Of a stretch of 41,404 nucleotides of DNA, positions 21,547 through 34,436 are shown in pieces; the first letter of the stretch is position 1, and each line of letters opens with the position of its first letter. The notes beneath the pieces were generated by a model, which did not search any database, was not told where the DNA came from, and saw nothing but the letters and a program-made list of their open reading frames with translations. This DNA is from Octopus bimaculoides. Taxonomy: Eukaryota. The stretch covers positions 25,655,471 through 25,696,874 of the forward strand of contig NC_068987.1 of the NCBI RefSeq assembly GCF_001194135.2, read 5' to 3'. A program made the position numbers and the translations under genes.

Positions 21547-21728
21547 GTGAGCTACTATAAGTTTCTGCTTCGATAGTGGCATAATCGGACGCGATTGTAT
21601 AGCACGCTACGTACCATACTGCAATCAAATTTCTTTTTAACCTCATAGATTGCAGGATAGTACATAGCACGCTATACAAGCACGTCCGATTACTATACTA
21701 TCCGAGCATGAAACTTAAAGTAGCTCAC
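21547..21728. repeat. Long inverted repeat (foldback/MITE-like)
   Basis: 80/81-nt arms (21547-21626, 21648-21728), 66/81 identical, with a 21-nt loop. Confidence 0.85.
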
Positions 21729-21754
21729 TTTAAATACTGCGTCTATTAAATTAT

Positions 21755-21921
<167 letters not shown>

Positions 21922-22370
21922 TACTATTTGCCGATGAAGAACATGACAAATTTCCTCGGAGATTACTGTTTAATTATAAAACAAATATAAGTTAATGTTT
22001 CAGCAAATAAAATATCTTGGTGTCGACAGCGAAACACAAATGATGTCAACACATTTTCTGCTTAGAAATGATGCCGTCTATATTTCGATATATTACAAGC
22101 TAGTAATATGTACCATTGTCTATGTAGCTCATCTTCGTATGTCATTAAAAGCAATGAATGTATGTCATCGCCCTACTCTTTTGCTGCTGTATACTGGCAT
22201 AGATATTGACCACATACTGTCAGATGTGTAAACCACAATATTACATATATGTATAAGTTATATATGTATATACGCATATGTGTGTGTATTTGTGAGCATG
22301 GGTTATATGTACAAACATGGATTTATACATGTGTGTGTGTGCTCATATATGCTTGAATATACACATATGT

Positions 22371-22402
<32 letters not shown>

Positions 22403-22670
22403 TACATGCATGTATATTTGTAATGCATATGCACCTATTTGTTTGTATATATTTATATACACACTCACATTCACACGCACAAGTAGTTTGTTGATTATAC
22501 GTTTCTTGTCCTTTTTGTCTTATCTGTTGAACTACGGTATTTGTCCGTCAATGTTTATTTTAATTTTATTTTATCATGCAAGATAAGAACCAGACACCTA
22601 CAACTAGATAAATATTTCCAAGTTTACTAAACGTCTTTTAGTGCTGAGCCAACGAGAAAACCTCCTTTAT

Positions 22671-22848
22671 GTGGTCACTCGGCCTGTTAGAAATAGCCGC
22701 GAAATATCCTTCAAAATGTATCCTATCATCTTAAAAATTGAGTTTACTTCAGAGAAAATTGTCCAAAATAGCTCTAAAAATATGAGATATTATCAGGAAT
22801 ATTTTCATCATAGATTTGTTTGATCAGATTTGGACTTAGCCTAAATAA
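22671..22848 (+). mobile_element. Family D repeat
   Basis: GTGGTCACTCGGCCTGTTAGAAATAGCCGCGAAAT. Confidence 0.65.
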
Positions 22849-23250
22849 CTACCTTTAGCTTAGGAAACTGAACTACTGAAATGATTTATATCTAATATTT
22901 ATAGGCTCTACGGGGCGTATATTGCAGAATCGGGAGTACGTTGAGGAAAATATCTTGTGGCATTTAATAATGTCTCTTTTCCATCCGAATTCAAATGACA
23001 CTGGGGTTGAGTTGCCTTACATCATTCTGGCCTCAATAAAATAATTAAATTCTTCTTAAATACTTGGGCTTTTCAAATCAATTACCACACCTACACCACG
23101 CGCAATCGGACACACGCACACATACACACACACGCACACATACACACACATCGTTTGGCCTTTGAGCAATGCTTGCAATAATATATAACGCTCGGAGAAA
23201 AATATTGCATTAAAATGGGTTGATCTGCCGTGAGGAGTCAATTATTACTC

Positions 23251-23282
23251 TTTGATGAAGGACAACTGTCCGTAACGTCGGC
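23251..23282 (+). ncRNA. Degenerate minimal hammerhead motif
   Basis: TTGATGA-A-GGAC-AACT-GTCC-GTAA-CGTC: perfect stem II and GUC triplet, two core substitutions. Confidence 0.45.
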
Positions 23283-24189
23283 TTGATATCTCTCTTTACA
23301 ATAAGTCAACTCACTGTAATATATTTTTCACCACTTGGTCGGGTGGGGAAAGCAGCACCGTTCACCGTTTATCAATTCTGGGCCTTCGATGGTTATAAGA
23401 TCAAGGAATGAAATGATCCTCAAACAGAGCGAACTCCACTACAGGTGCACAACAATCAGGTTGTTAAGTTAAACTGAGGAATAGATTAAGTCTACCACCC
23501 AAAGCCTCAGAAGTTAAAGAGTTGAAATAAATACTACGATCATCTTGTCCGACACTGTAGCAATTCCACCAAAATACTTTCTGGACTGGTTTGCCATTTT
23601 ATCGACCAAGAAAGAATGGAAGACAGAGTTAACATTAACGGTATCTAGACTCAGAACGTCGGGATAAAGAAGGAACACGGTAAAGCATTTTGACCTCTAT
23701 TGTAACTATTCTAGTTGACCGTCACCTAAATTCATTGGATTAATTTTTGCTTACTGCAAATCACCACCAGCTTGCTTGGATTCAGGAGCTGACCTTAAAA
23801 ATAATTCATTGATAATCCTATTTACGAAATCGCGGTTGCCGTTTACAAATCAATCATGTTTGTTTCAACCCATTAAGTATCATAGAAATGATGTTTAGAT
23901 ACTTTTGCAGTGAAATTTTCTTCTTACTTCAGGTAAAACTGTCAAGTTTGTCTCGATATATCTTTGGTTCTTATATGACTTCGTTATTAACTTTCAAAGT
24001 ACGTTTTCTTTACCATTTATTTTTTAATATGAAATTTACGTCTATTGAGCGACAAGCTTTTATTGTTCTTTTTCAGAAAAATTCGCAAATTCCATTTGAA
24101 GTGATATTTCAATATTATTCGTTACAATTCATGGTAGACAGAGAGAGTGGGGGTATGCCACTTGCAATTTAGGCTCTTCTAAACTAAGA

Positions 24190-24470
24190 GGATTAACATA
24201 ACAGAGCAATGTTAGTGAAAATCATATCAAGTGTATTGTAAGTGACGTGTGAAAGTTAAATAGTAACTGTGGGGAAGAGAGTTCCAAAAATTCTCATCAA
24301 GCATTTTGAAAAGTGCGGAATAGTAGGTTTAAGTTGTGAAGCAGAGTGAAAGTGATGTGGATAAACCACATGAATGTAGCGAATGAATTTGATTGGGACT
24401 GTGATGGTATTAGTTAGTTCGGAGTCAGTAAAAACAGAGCTCGGTGATAAGGTTGTATTTGGTAAGTATT
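24190..24470 (-). mobile_element. Possible decayed LINE (L2/CR1-like) 3' end
   Basis: Minus-strand relic WNSLPHS preceded by FIRYIHVV resembles LINE RT C-termini (FYRYxHG...WNSLP); heavily decayed. Confidence 0.25.
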
Positions 24471-24858
24471 GAGGAAACGTGAGCTAATCTCACATTATAA
24501 GTTGTTTTGTTTTTCATGATGCATAAAATTCATGTACAACAAACGAACCTGAATCATTTCAGTTGTGGGATCAGTAATTTCCACATGAATACAGTTCCCT
24601 TTTGTTTTCCCTCGCTTCAAACAATGTCCAATTTTGAATTTTAATTTCATTGTTATTTCAATTAGTGCGTTTTACTAATTTTAAAATAATGTATTGCTTA
24701 GCTGAGAGCTGTATTATTAGGTTTAGCTGCGTGCTGCTCCCATATAAAACCAATCAACGATATTTAGTTTCAATGGATTATATTTATTTCCATTTTGACG
24801 TAACAAAGGTTACGTGCCGAAGGCTGTTTGTTATGCTGAAAACCAGTAGCCTGTGTAT

Positions 24859-24941
24859 GAGAGGAGAACATGTTATGCTTGGCAAAAGATGAGAATGTTA
24901 TGTCTGGCGAGAGGTGAAAACGTTATGTCCCGCGAGAAGAG
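24859..24941 (+). repeat. Degenerate 25-bp tandem repeat x3
   Basis: GAGAGGAGAACATGTTATGCTTGGC / AAAAGATGAGAATGTTATGTCTGGC / GAGAGGTGAAAACGTTATGTCCCGC. Confidence 0.7.
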
Positions 24942-26081
24942 TTCGTTTAATAAGAGGTCAGAGTTGATCGTCCAAGAAAATCACTACTGTCCTCTGCGCG
25001 ATTCCAATTATGACCATGTTTTGATGGGCACCTGCTTGGAAATTTCCATTCGAATCATGCCTTCATACGAATGCACCTGAAATATAATTGGCTGAAATGC
25101 TTATCACCTGCTATGTAGTGGCCTTCGTCCGTTACAGGGCTGATGCGGTTTCGAATGCTAACTGTCGCAACAAACTTTTATTGGGTAGGAGTTTACACTC
25201 AACTTCACTGTTAGATTTTTCTTTGTTTCCTGAGTTACCCACTAAGTTACATCATAACTTACATGGCAACATTCCCAGTGGGAAGGTAGTATCTTGTTGA
25301 TGATATTTCAGGGGCAGCAGCTGATAGATTACAAAGTAGTCGACAAGTGAACAATGCTAGCCGTTGTTACCTCCCCTGTTTACTCTTTTTTTTTTCTTTA
25401 TTTATGAGAAATTTTGGGGACAGTAATCCGTCTCTAGGTTCTAAAGTAATATTTTGAAAGTGTTACATTCAGGAGGGTGTATAACCTAAGATAGGAAGGT
25501 TCCCCTTATCTATGTAGAGGTCAGTTTCAAGAACTTTTATTTCAATGTTATATACATATAAACATGTATGACACTCACACATGTATTTATGTGTTTGTGT
25601 ATATGTGTGTGCATGTGTGCTTCGTATTAAACACACACATATATGCATATATATGTGTGAATACACATTAAATATTACCTTGTTTTTTATTCATATATAT
25701 ACATATATATAATTTAATTTTACTGTTTTCATGTATATATATGTGTGCGTGTGTGTATGTAAATGTGTGTATGCATATATATGTGTATATATATATATAC
25801 ACATATATGTATATATATATATATATACATATATGTATATATGGATGTGGGTATGGGTGTGTGTGTATACACACACACACACACACAATTTAGCATTTGA
25901 TTCCTTATTTTCCTTTGGCCATTTAGCAAATATCCAACTAAAAGCTGTGTGCGTGTGTGTGTATGTGTGTGAGTGAGTGAGTGAGTGAGAGAGAGAGAGA
26001 AGGGGGGAGCGGTGAGATTAGACTTCAGAACGTAAAAATGCAGCATTACACTTTTTCTGATGCCCTAACAATTCTGCCAAT

Positions 26082-26083
26082 CC

Positions 26084-26119
<36 letters not shown>

Positions 26120-26367
26120 TTCTTTTATTAACCACAAGGGCACAAGAGTTTGGAAACAAGAGAAGTACGAAAGACAAATGCAGTGGAGAATTAAGATCGA
26201 ACAAAAAAAGACAAAATTAACGATTGCAACAAAAAATAGCAAAACCAATAAATAGAATGATAATGATAACGTTAATAATAATAATAATAATAACAACAGC
26301 AATAATAATAATAATGATAATAATAATAATAATAATAATAATGATAATAATAATAATAATAATAATA
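26082..26367. repeat. (AAT)n microsatellites
   Basis: Runs at 26082-26118 and 26261-26367. Confidence 0.9.
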
Positions 26368-26671
26368 GAAAACTACGCGTTGTGCATATCGATTTCCGTC
26401 AACTGGTGTGTCGACTTGTTAGCAACACCATTTTACTTATATCTGATGTTGGTTTATGGGACTTAGTAGTTATGTTTTATGCATGTAGAAATGTGTCTTA
26501 GTTCTGATAGAGATCAATGCTTTTATGGGACTTTGACTCTTTGTTATGATGTTTCATGAACCACTAGATAATCAGTTGCATTATTCATAATCTCCGAGCC
26601 TGTGTGACAGCATAACTCAGAAATATTTCAGAACCATCATAACGCAAAGGAGACATATAGAGAGACGAAAA

Positions 26672-26714
<43 letters not shown>

Positions 26715-27120
26715 GGAGAGAGTGAGAGGGAGAGGTATTAGCCGAGTTAAATGTTGAACTACTACAAGCAATGCTTTGTATATGTCTGTGACCAAGACAT
26801 TCTATACATACTGCCTCGCTCTACCTAACTGTAAAGAGATCCATAGCTTTAGACACAGAAAATAAGAATACATGAGGATTGAGAGATGCAAAGTCGAAAA
26901 ACTGATAAGATCAACAATCGACAATGTGGCTGATGGAAAATACCTTAGGGAATCATTCTGTATACTAAATACCCATACTTTAGTGGCTCGTTTATGTGAT
27001 ACAGTCAGTTGAAAAACTTGAATTAATATATCTTATTCGGGCAATTTGTAGACAAATGGCTTTGTGGAGGCATTTAAGATCTATGAGCATATGAAGGGGT
27101 AGATAACTCTAATAAGGTAG

Positions 27121-27330
27121 TAATAATAATCCTTTCTACTAAAGGCACAAGGTTTGAAATTTTAGAAGAGGTGATTAGTCGAGTATATCGACCCCAGTGC
27201 TCAACTGGTACTTATTTTATCGACCCCACAGCGTTGAATGCCTAAGACGACCTCAGCGGAATCTAAGCACAAAACATAATGCCAGAATATATGCCGCTAA
27301 GTATTTTGCCCGTCGTACAAACGATCCTGA
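27121..27330 (-). mobile_element. Family A SINE (further fragment to about 27430)
   Basis: (TAA)n-CCTTTCTACTAAAGGCACAAGG...CAACTGGTACTTATTTTATCGACCCC. Confidence 0.8.
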
Positions 27331-27719
27331 AGCTTGTTTCTGATTTAGGCACAAGATCTGCAGTTTTGAGAGAAGGAGATTAGGCAAACCATCGATCGCA
27401 GCACTTCACTGCTACTTTATATTGAATGCCGAGCTAACGTTACTGCTTGGGATTTACTCTCTCTTGTATTGGTTTCAGCTCTAGAATCGAATTTAATGAG
27501 CTCCACCTAATACTGTTCAGCTTAGTCAATCAAGCGCCCTATTTCCTATCATAATTATGCTCTTTCGTGAAAATAGGAAATCCCACATCCGAAGTGCTTG
27601 TGGCACATAAAGAAGAAAAAGAACGTAGTGAGCATATTGTAAGAGCTTTTGACAGGATATTTATCTGAAAAGATCCTCTTACATACATGCACATTTAAAA
27701 TATCCATTTTCATATCTCT

Positions 27720-27721
<2 letters not shown>

Positions 27722-27761
<40 letters not shown>

Positions 27762-27932
27762 GTCAGTTCCTACATCTATTTGTTCCCCCATATTTAAAGC
27801 CTTGTATCTTTCGAAATAGCTATATCTCCCTCCTCTTATCTCTCCTTCTTTCTTACCATCTCGTAATATCCCTACCTATGTATGTATGTATGTATGTATG
27901 TATGTATGTATGTATGTATGTATGTATGTATT
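27722..27932. repeat. (TATC)n and (TATG)n microsatellites
   Basis: Runs at about 27722-27761 and 27876-27932. Confidence 0.9.
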
Positions 27933-30094
27933 TGTATTTGTATTTGAAGACAAAGACTGCTTTTTAAGACCACCATTTTGAAAAAATCGGTACACGCGAT
28001 AAAATATCTCACGTTACAAATTTGGCTTCGTTTCACCCGCTAGATGATGTGTCTCTTGAATGTTTCTGCGAAACAGAACAACTGTAAGTTCTATTCCAAA
28101 TAAAAGTTGACCTGATCAACCACTATAAAAATTAACTTATTCGTTGTCGTCTTCGTCATCATCGTCATCTTCATCATTTCCTAAACGCACTGCAGTGTTG
28201 ATAACTTCCATCTGTTATTGTAGAAAGAGAGAAAACAAGAATAGTACAACATGAAAATAGCTAAATGAATAACATTCCAAAAAAAAAATAAGAAGAAGAA
28301 TAAGAGAAACAACGAGATTAACATGTAGATAGATCTCAATGAGAAGAACTCCCTCTAACGTTCTCAACATTCTCTCTGTATCATTCTATTATCTTTCTAA
28401 TCATGAAAACAGATGTGAGGAATAATACTGTGACAGACTTTTATGTATATGTGAGAGAAAGACAAAGAAAAACAGAAAGGGGCAAACAGAGAGTGACTGA
28501 GAGAGAGAGAGAGAGAGAGAGAGTGTGTGTGTTTGCGCGGAGAGTAAGTGGGTATATGATAATAATAATAATAATAATAACGCAGCGTAGTTTGATACTA
28601 TTGTATGCACAGATACCACTATGCGTTTGTAATACAAACCTTTCAAGCCACATCTTTTCCTTCTCTCTCTGACATTACAAATACGAAACTGGGTGTCGTT
28701 AAATATATAACTACATACGCATTCATACAGTCACATAGACACCACACAGATTATATATATATTTATATATATATATATATNNNNNNNNNNNNNNNNNNNN
28801 NNNNNNNNNNNNNNNNNNNNNNNNNNNNNNNNNNNNNNNNNNNNNNNNNNNNNNNNNNNNNNNNNNNNNNNNNNNNNNNNNNNNNNNNNNNNNNNNNNNN
28901 NNNNNNNNNNNNNNNNNNNNNNNNNNNNNNNNNNNNNNNNNNNNNNNNNNNNNNNNNNNNNNNNNNNNNNNNNNNNNNNNNNNNNNNNNNNNNNNNNNNN
29001 NNNNNNNNNNNNNNNNNNNNNNNNNNNNNNNNNNNNNNNNNNNNNNNNNNNNNNNNNNNNNNNNNNNNNNNNNNNNNNNNNNNNNNNNNNNNNNNNNNNN
29101 NNNNNNNNNNNNNNNNNNNNNNNNNNNNNNNNNNNNNNNNNNNNNNNNNNNNNNNNNNNNNNNNNNNNNNNNNNNNNNNNNNNNNNNNNNNNNNNNNNNN
29201 NNNNNNNNNNNNNNNNNNNNNNNNNNNNNNNNNNNNNNNNNNNNNNNNNNNNNNNNNNNNNNNNNNNNNNNNNNNNNNNNNNNNNNNNNNNNNNNNNNNN
29301 NNNNNNNNNNNNNNNNNNNNNNNNNNNNNNNNNNNNNNNNNNNNNNNNNNNNNNNNNNNNNNNNNNNNNNNNNNNNNNNNNNNNNNNNNNNNNNNNNNNN
29401 NNNNNNNNNNNNNNNNNNNNNNNNNNNNNNNNNNNNNNNNNNNNNNNNNNNNNNNNNNNNNNNNNNNNNNNNNNNNNNNNNNNNNNNNNNNNNNNNNNNN
29501 NNNNNNNNNNNNNNNNNNNNNNNNNNNNNNNNNNNNNNNNNNNNNNNNNNNNNNNNNNNNNNNNNNNNNNNNNNNNNNNNNNNNNNNNNNNNNNNNNNNN
29601 NNNNNNNNNNNNNNNNNNNNNNNNNNNNNNNNNNNNNNNNNNNNNNNNNNNNNNNNNNNNNNNNNNNNNNNNNNNNNNNNNNNNNNNNNNNNNNNNNNNN
29701 NNNNNNNNNNNNNNNNNNNNNNNNNNNNNNNNNNNNNNNNNATATATATATATATATATATATACATTTATACAAGGTATAACATAAGTATACTATAAGT
29801 TTATGTGTGTGTGTGTGTGTATGTGTGTATACTCATATGTATATATGTATATATATATGTATATATACACACACACACACAGATACACACATACAATAAT
29901 GTGTACGTAATGAATGTATGTATGTACAAGGAAAAACCTGAGAGTGACTTTGAAGTTTCATTTCAGTTGCTCCCATCAAACAGCTGATTGTTCTTTCGAA
30001 GTCGTTGTTAACCTTTGCCTTGTCAAAGAAATAAATGATACTCTATTGAAATATAGTGTATGCTCCTCTAAGTTAATGTTGAATTTTGTTTAAG

Positions 30095-30231
30095 AAGTTT
30101 ACATTTCAACCACATGGTTCTGGTTTTTGTCCCACTTCGTGACACCTTAGGCAATTGTCTTCTAATATAGCCGCGGGCTGACCAAAGGCTTATCAGTGGA
30201 TTTGTTTGACGGAAACTGAAAGAAGTCCGTC

Positions 30232-30272
<41 letters not shown>

Positions 30273-30290
30273 CGTGTGTGCGTGTGATCA
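30095..30290 (+). mobile_element. Family C SINE 5' half
   Basis: CAACCACATGGTTCTGG...GTCCCACTTCGTGACACCTTAGGCAATTGTCTTCTAATATAGCC...GACGGAAACTGAAAGAAGTCCGTCG. Confidence 0.85.
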
Positions 30291-30565
30291 CCTAGGCAGA
30301 CATAGCTGTTGGAAACTGTATGTCTTGTGCATGGACATAATGCAGCACTACTGACAGTTTACAATCCGCCGACCTAAGAATACGAGTCTTGATTGAGTAA
30401 GCCTATAAACAAAGACTTCCGAATGGTAATCATCTCCTCCTTTATGTGTATTAAGTACATAAAAGTATATTGTCCAACATATACTCATTTACTCATGAGC
30501 AGTAGGGTGTAGTTTGAGGGGATTTTGTTGTTCTCTCTAGTTGTTCGAGTGAACACATCGAGTGC

Positions 30566-30646
30566 CTATCGCACAGCTGGTAGTATACGATCCAACGAAC
30601 TCTCAGCTGCTTTCGTCGGTAAATTATATACCAGCACCGCTGATAG
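30566..30646 (+). ncRNA. Candidate pri-miRNA-like hairpin
   Basis: Manual folding gives an 81-nt imperfect stem-loop; see findings. No known miRNA recognised. Confidence 0.25.
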
Positions 30647-31114
30647 TATACGATCCAGCGATCTTTCTGCCTCTTCTTTGGTATACTATCTGCTCGGCAA
30701 TCCATGCTCTCGTTTTCTCATCCACTTAACGTTTTGTTGGAATGAAAGAGAAAAATCCGACCTTTTCAATCTGTGTGGCTCGTAAAATCATTAAATTAGC
30801 TATTATTTGTAAGTCTAGTGTTTTAAGCAGCTTTTCAAAGGTTAAAATCAGTAATAGGGGGTGGTGTGGTGTATGGCCAACAATAATGGATACTGATGTT
30901 TCAATAACACCCCACCTTCCATTCCAATTAATTGGTCTCTTTCTGATAGTCATGAGAGTACTGAAGTGGAAACTTTAAGCTTCTTAGTTTCGTGGTTATT
31001 GCGTCGTAAAAATATTACAATACTACCAACAACTACTCTCATTATAACTATTAACATTTGTTTGTGTAATGTTCCCTTACTAATAGCCCTTGTGGTAAAC
31101 AAAGAAAAAAATAT

Positions 31115-31566
31115 TGTTGTCGTAAAAGCAGTGAGCTAGTGGAACTGTTAGAGTGTCGAGGGAAAACCATGCGTTATTTTTCCGGAAGCCGCCGAGGTCA
31201 ACTTTCTCTTCCATTGTTCTAGAGCGGTTAGAATAAAATATTTGGCATGTGCTAGAGTCAACTAATCCCTTCCCAATATTTCAGGTCTTGTTTTTATGTT
31301 GGAAACAATTATTGTAGATTAGCAATAATCGGTAGAGCGTCGGAAAAATTAACTTTCAGTATTATTACTTTTGCAGTATCTTTACATCTTGAGTTGAAAT
31401 ATCGCCGAAGTCAACTTAACCTTTTATCCTTCCCGAGTTGATAAAATAAAGAATCGGTCAAGAACTGGGGTCAATTTAATCAATTCTACATTTCTCTCTC
31501 AATTTTTGGCCATCTGCCTGTGTTAGAAGCAATTATTATTGTTGTTGGTGGTGTTATTATTATTAT
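31115..31566 (+). mobile_element. Two tandem degenerate family A SINEs with ATT tails
   Basis: GCAGTGAGCTAGTGGAACTGTTAGAG... and TTGAGTTGAAATATCGCCGAAGTCAACTT...GTTGATAAAATAAAG. Confidence 0.7.
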
Positions 31567-34060
31567 GGGAATCCTTAAAGCATCTGATAAAATACTCTAC
31601 AATGTTTAATTACTTAAAAGTATTTTAAAAGAATGAAGCGATTACTACGTATAATATGTGCTGTATGAGTTGTAATGTTGTATTAAGAAATGACGACAGT
31701 ATAGAATGTGTCTTTTGTAAGCCGCATTATTGAATGTATGCTATGTGTAATAGAGTTATTTTTTGAACTGGGTAAAACTGAGATCAACTTGATACGCAAA
31801 ATAGTTGAGCATAGTTTTATTAAACTTTCGTTCATAATTGTTTTAATCATATCAGCTGTACAAATTATCGTTGGTACTATTTTTACTGTGATACTCTGCA
31901 TCTTGGTTATTTCAGTATCGTGGACTTTGTACCCTAAAAGCTTTCCCATGTACTTTTAGAGAGAACAGAGAGATATCTGTCGAAGCGCTAAGGATTTCTT
32001 TTCGTTATTGATTATAATATCAGAGGTTCTCTGTTTTTCCCTTTATTAGCCCGAACAAGCGTATTGCAGATTATCAGGTCATTGTCATGTACCGGGTCTG
32101 GTGCATACTGAAGGAGAGTTTTGCATTCCAAAGTATCAGCATATTGACTAAAATGGAAACTTTCAGCTTCTTAGTTTTGTGTCTTTCACTTAGCTAAAAG
32201 TAATTATCGCTGTCCACCCGGTCTTGTGTATAGGTATGTTCTTTTTTTTTTTTAATTGTTTTTTTTTTCTTTTTCTTGGGGACTTGGCATCCATAACTGA
32301 TGTGGTTTATCGTTTTTCGTTATGCTGATTGCATGTCAGCTTCTGGTTTATTATTTTATTTTGATAGTTTTACTTTTTTTTCTCTGGCTAGACATTGATC
32401 TTCAACTGAAATCAGACCTTCAATTGCTGCCTCTACTCCCGCTCTTTTGAGCCATTATCAGGCTATATTTTTGGCTCACTTTTCTCTAATCATGTAATAT
32501 AGTATTGGTTCATGGAGAGGTTTCTTTTTCCAACCTTTCTTTAACATCTTTCGGTTTTCTGCTTTGATACTATCCTTTGTTTCTCTTTATCTTTTATATT
32601 ATTTTATTTTTAACCTAAATCTTTTCATTCAATGTAATTGGCGACAAATTTCTTTATCGCATTGGTATACACAGATTTTTTATTTTATTTTGTCCTGTCT
32701 CTTTATATTAAGTACTTTTTTGCCTGATTTTGAAGTGTTCTTCAACGATCTGCTCGTATTACTTTGTAAAAGTTCTCTAACTGCGCAAAGCATAATCTCC
32801 ATGTCTGTTTGATCGATATATTTTATCTGTATTATTAGAGATGTATTTCTAAATACAATATATATTTATTTGGTTTTCCTATCGAAACTCTTTAGTTCAT
32901 GTCACTTTAAATTTACTATATTGAAGATGTGGATTAAAAAATTAAATGGCAAGTGCATTTATAATCAAGTTGCTGGCACTGAATCCAGTTATTATTATTA
33001 ATCTGAATCATTTGCAGTAATTCGTTTTAACTTTTCCACTTCGTTTTTGTGTATTGCATTTTATGAAATTCATCTATTGCTAAGTACTTGTATGGGTAAG
33101 TCTATTCTAATTCTGTCTTTTCACCGTCTATATTTAAGTAAATACTTCGAGCTTTCGTTTATTTGCATCTTTTGGGGGGAAACCTTTTGTTCATTTCTCA
33201 AATCTCCAACACGTCTTGAAATCACTTTTGAATTTATTTTGAGCTTATAAATAAATCCTCCATACAGAGGTTACCGTACGAGTTTGTTGTTAACATTTAG
33301 AGTGATTACTGGTTTCATTCAACAGATTTGCTAATCAAGTCAGAGCTAGGTAAGCATAAGAATTGTAGCGATAAGGATTGAAAGATTTCTTATGAAAAAG
33401 ATACTACATTTTCCTTTCAATTATCTTCTCTTTATCTTACAGTGTTCTTGATGTTTTCCATTTTGACATGGCGTTGCTGATATATATATATATATATATA
33501 TTCACACACACACACACATGTAGGTTTGTATGTGTGTGTATGCATGTTTTTAAATGTCTGTATGTATGTTGCCAAAGTATTAGGTCTGTTTTGTTTGTCT
33601 AGTAGTGTTTTCAGTATCCAGGAATGTGGTATGCTGTCGAAAGTTGTGTTTAGATTTTTGCTTTTCAATTGCTCTCTTCAAAACACGATTCTGTACAATA
33701 GCAGTCAGTACCTTCACAAACATACGTACACTCCATCACCCTCTCTGTTCATCTTGTAAAACATTAATATCTGCTAAATGAACTACCAGCCTCTTGGAGA
33801 GTATATACGATGATGACAGGGATGTATATATTCTAGATAAACAGGTCTGTAGTTTTCAGAGTCTCAGGTGGGAGCTGTTTATATTTTATTTTTGAGAATA
33901 AATATTGCTTTACCCTTTAGTAGCAAGTCAGCGTACTGGTTCTGATCTAAATCATTGAATTTTTTTGCTCCAGCTTTTATGTTCTGATTACCTACTTTGA
34001 AACAGGTACGGAAGACTTCATCAATCCCGAACTATTTGTCACTAACTCCCATTATTGTCT
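31567..34060 (-). mobile_element. Decayed R4/Dong-clade LINE (RT plus REL remnants)
   Basis: Relics in order: ENYRPV, NLNTTFDSIPHSWILKTL, YPYKYLAIDE, and KYMGKLLGYKVHDTEITKMQSITVKIVPTII (cf. EIxxMWxxKxxxIPIIIG). Many stops; ends at (TAA)n. Confidence 0.75.
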
Positions 34061-34064
34061 AGAT

Positions 34065-34414
34065 CAGTGGTTCTCAATCGGGATCCATATGGCCCTGAAG
34101 GGTCCATATAAGATTTTTGAGGGACCACGCAACAAAATAGTAAACTGAGGACTCACAGTAGTAATTTATGGACCCTGGAAAAAATTTTGCTTTAGTTGTA
34201 TGTATTGGTACGCATTGCAAGAAACAGCTAGGTTTCTTTCTCTGACGTTTTACATAGTTTAACCTATCAAGTTAATGTGTGAATAACAAAATAGGAATTT
34301 TGAAAGAAGTTTCTATAAAACTAGTTTTTAAACATCAAATGGATATGACTGGAGGTCCACCAGAATAGAATGATTATCAAGGGGGTCCATAGATAAAAAG
34401 TGGTTGAGAACCCT
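34065..34414. mobile_element. hAT (Charlie-like) MITE
   Basis: CAGTGGTTCTCAA ... TTGAGAACCCT termini; left flank GTCTAGAT fits the NTCTAGAN target preference; right TSD not clear. Confidence 0.75.
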
Positions 34415-34436
34415 AAATAAATGATGGTTTCCTAAA

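Noticed and set aside
23901-23938. Second recursive-site-like TTCAG|GTAAAA (weaker ones at 17844 and 36236)
   Set aside because: Weak donors; expected by chance in AT-rich DNA.
30572-30588. Similarity to miR-317 (CACAGCTGGT.GTAT)
   Set aside because: The seed region does not match, so the overlap is likely coincidental.
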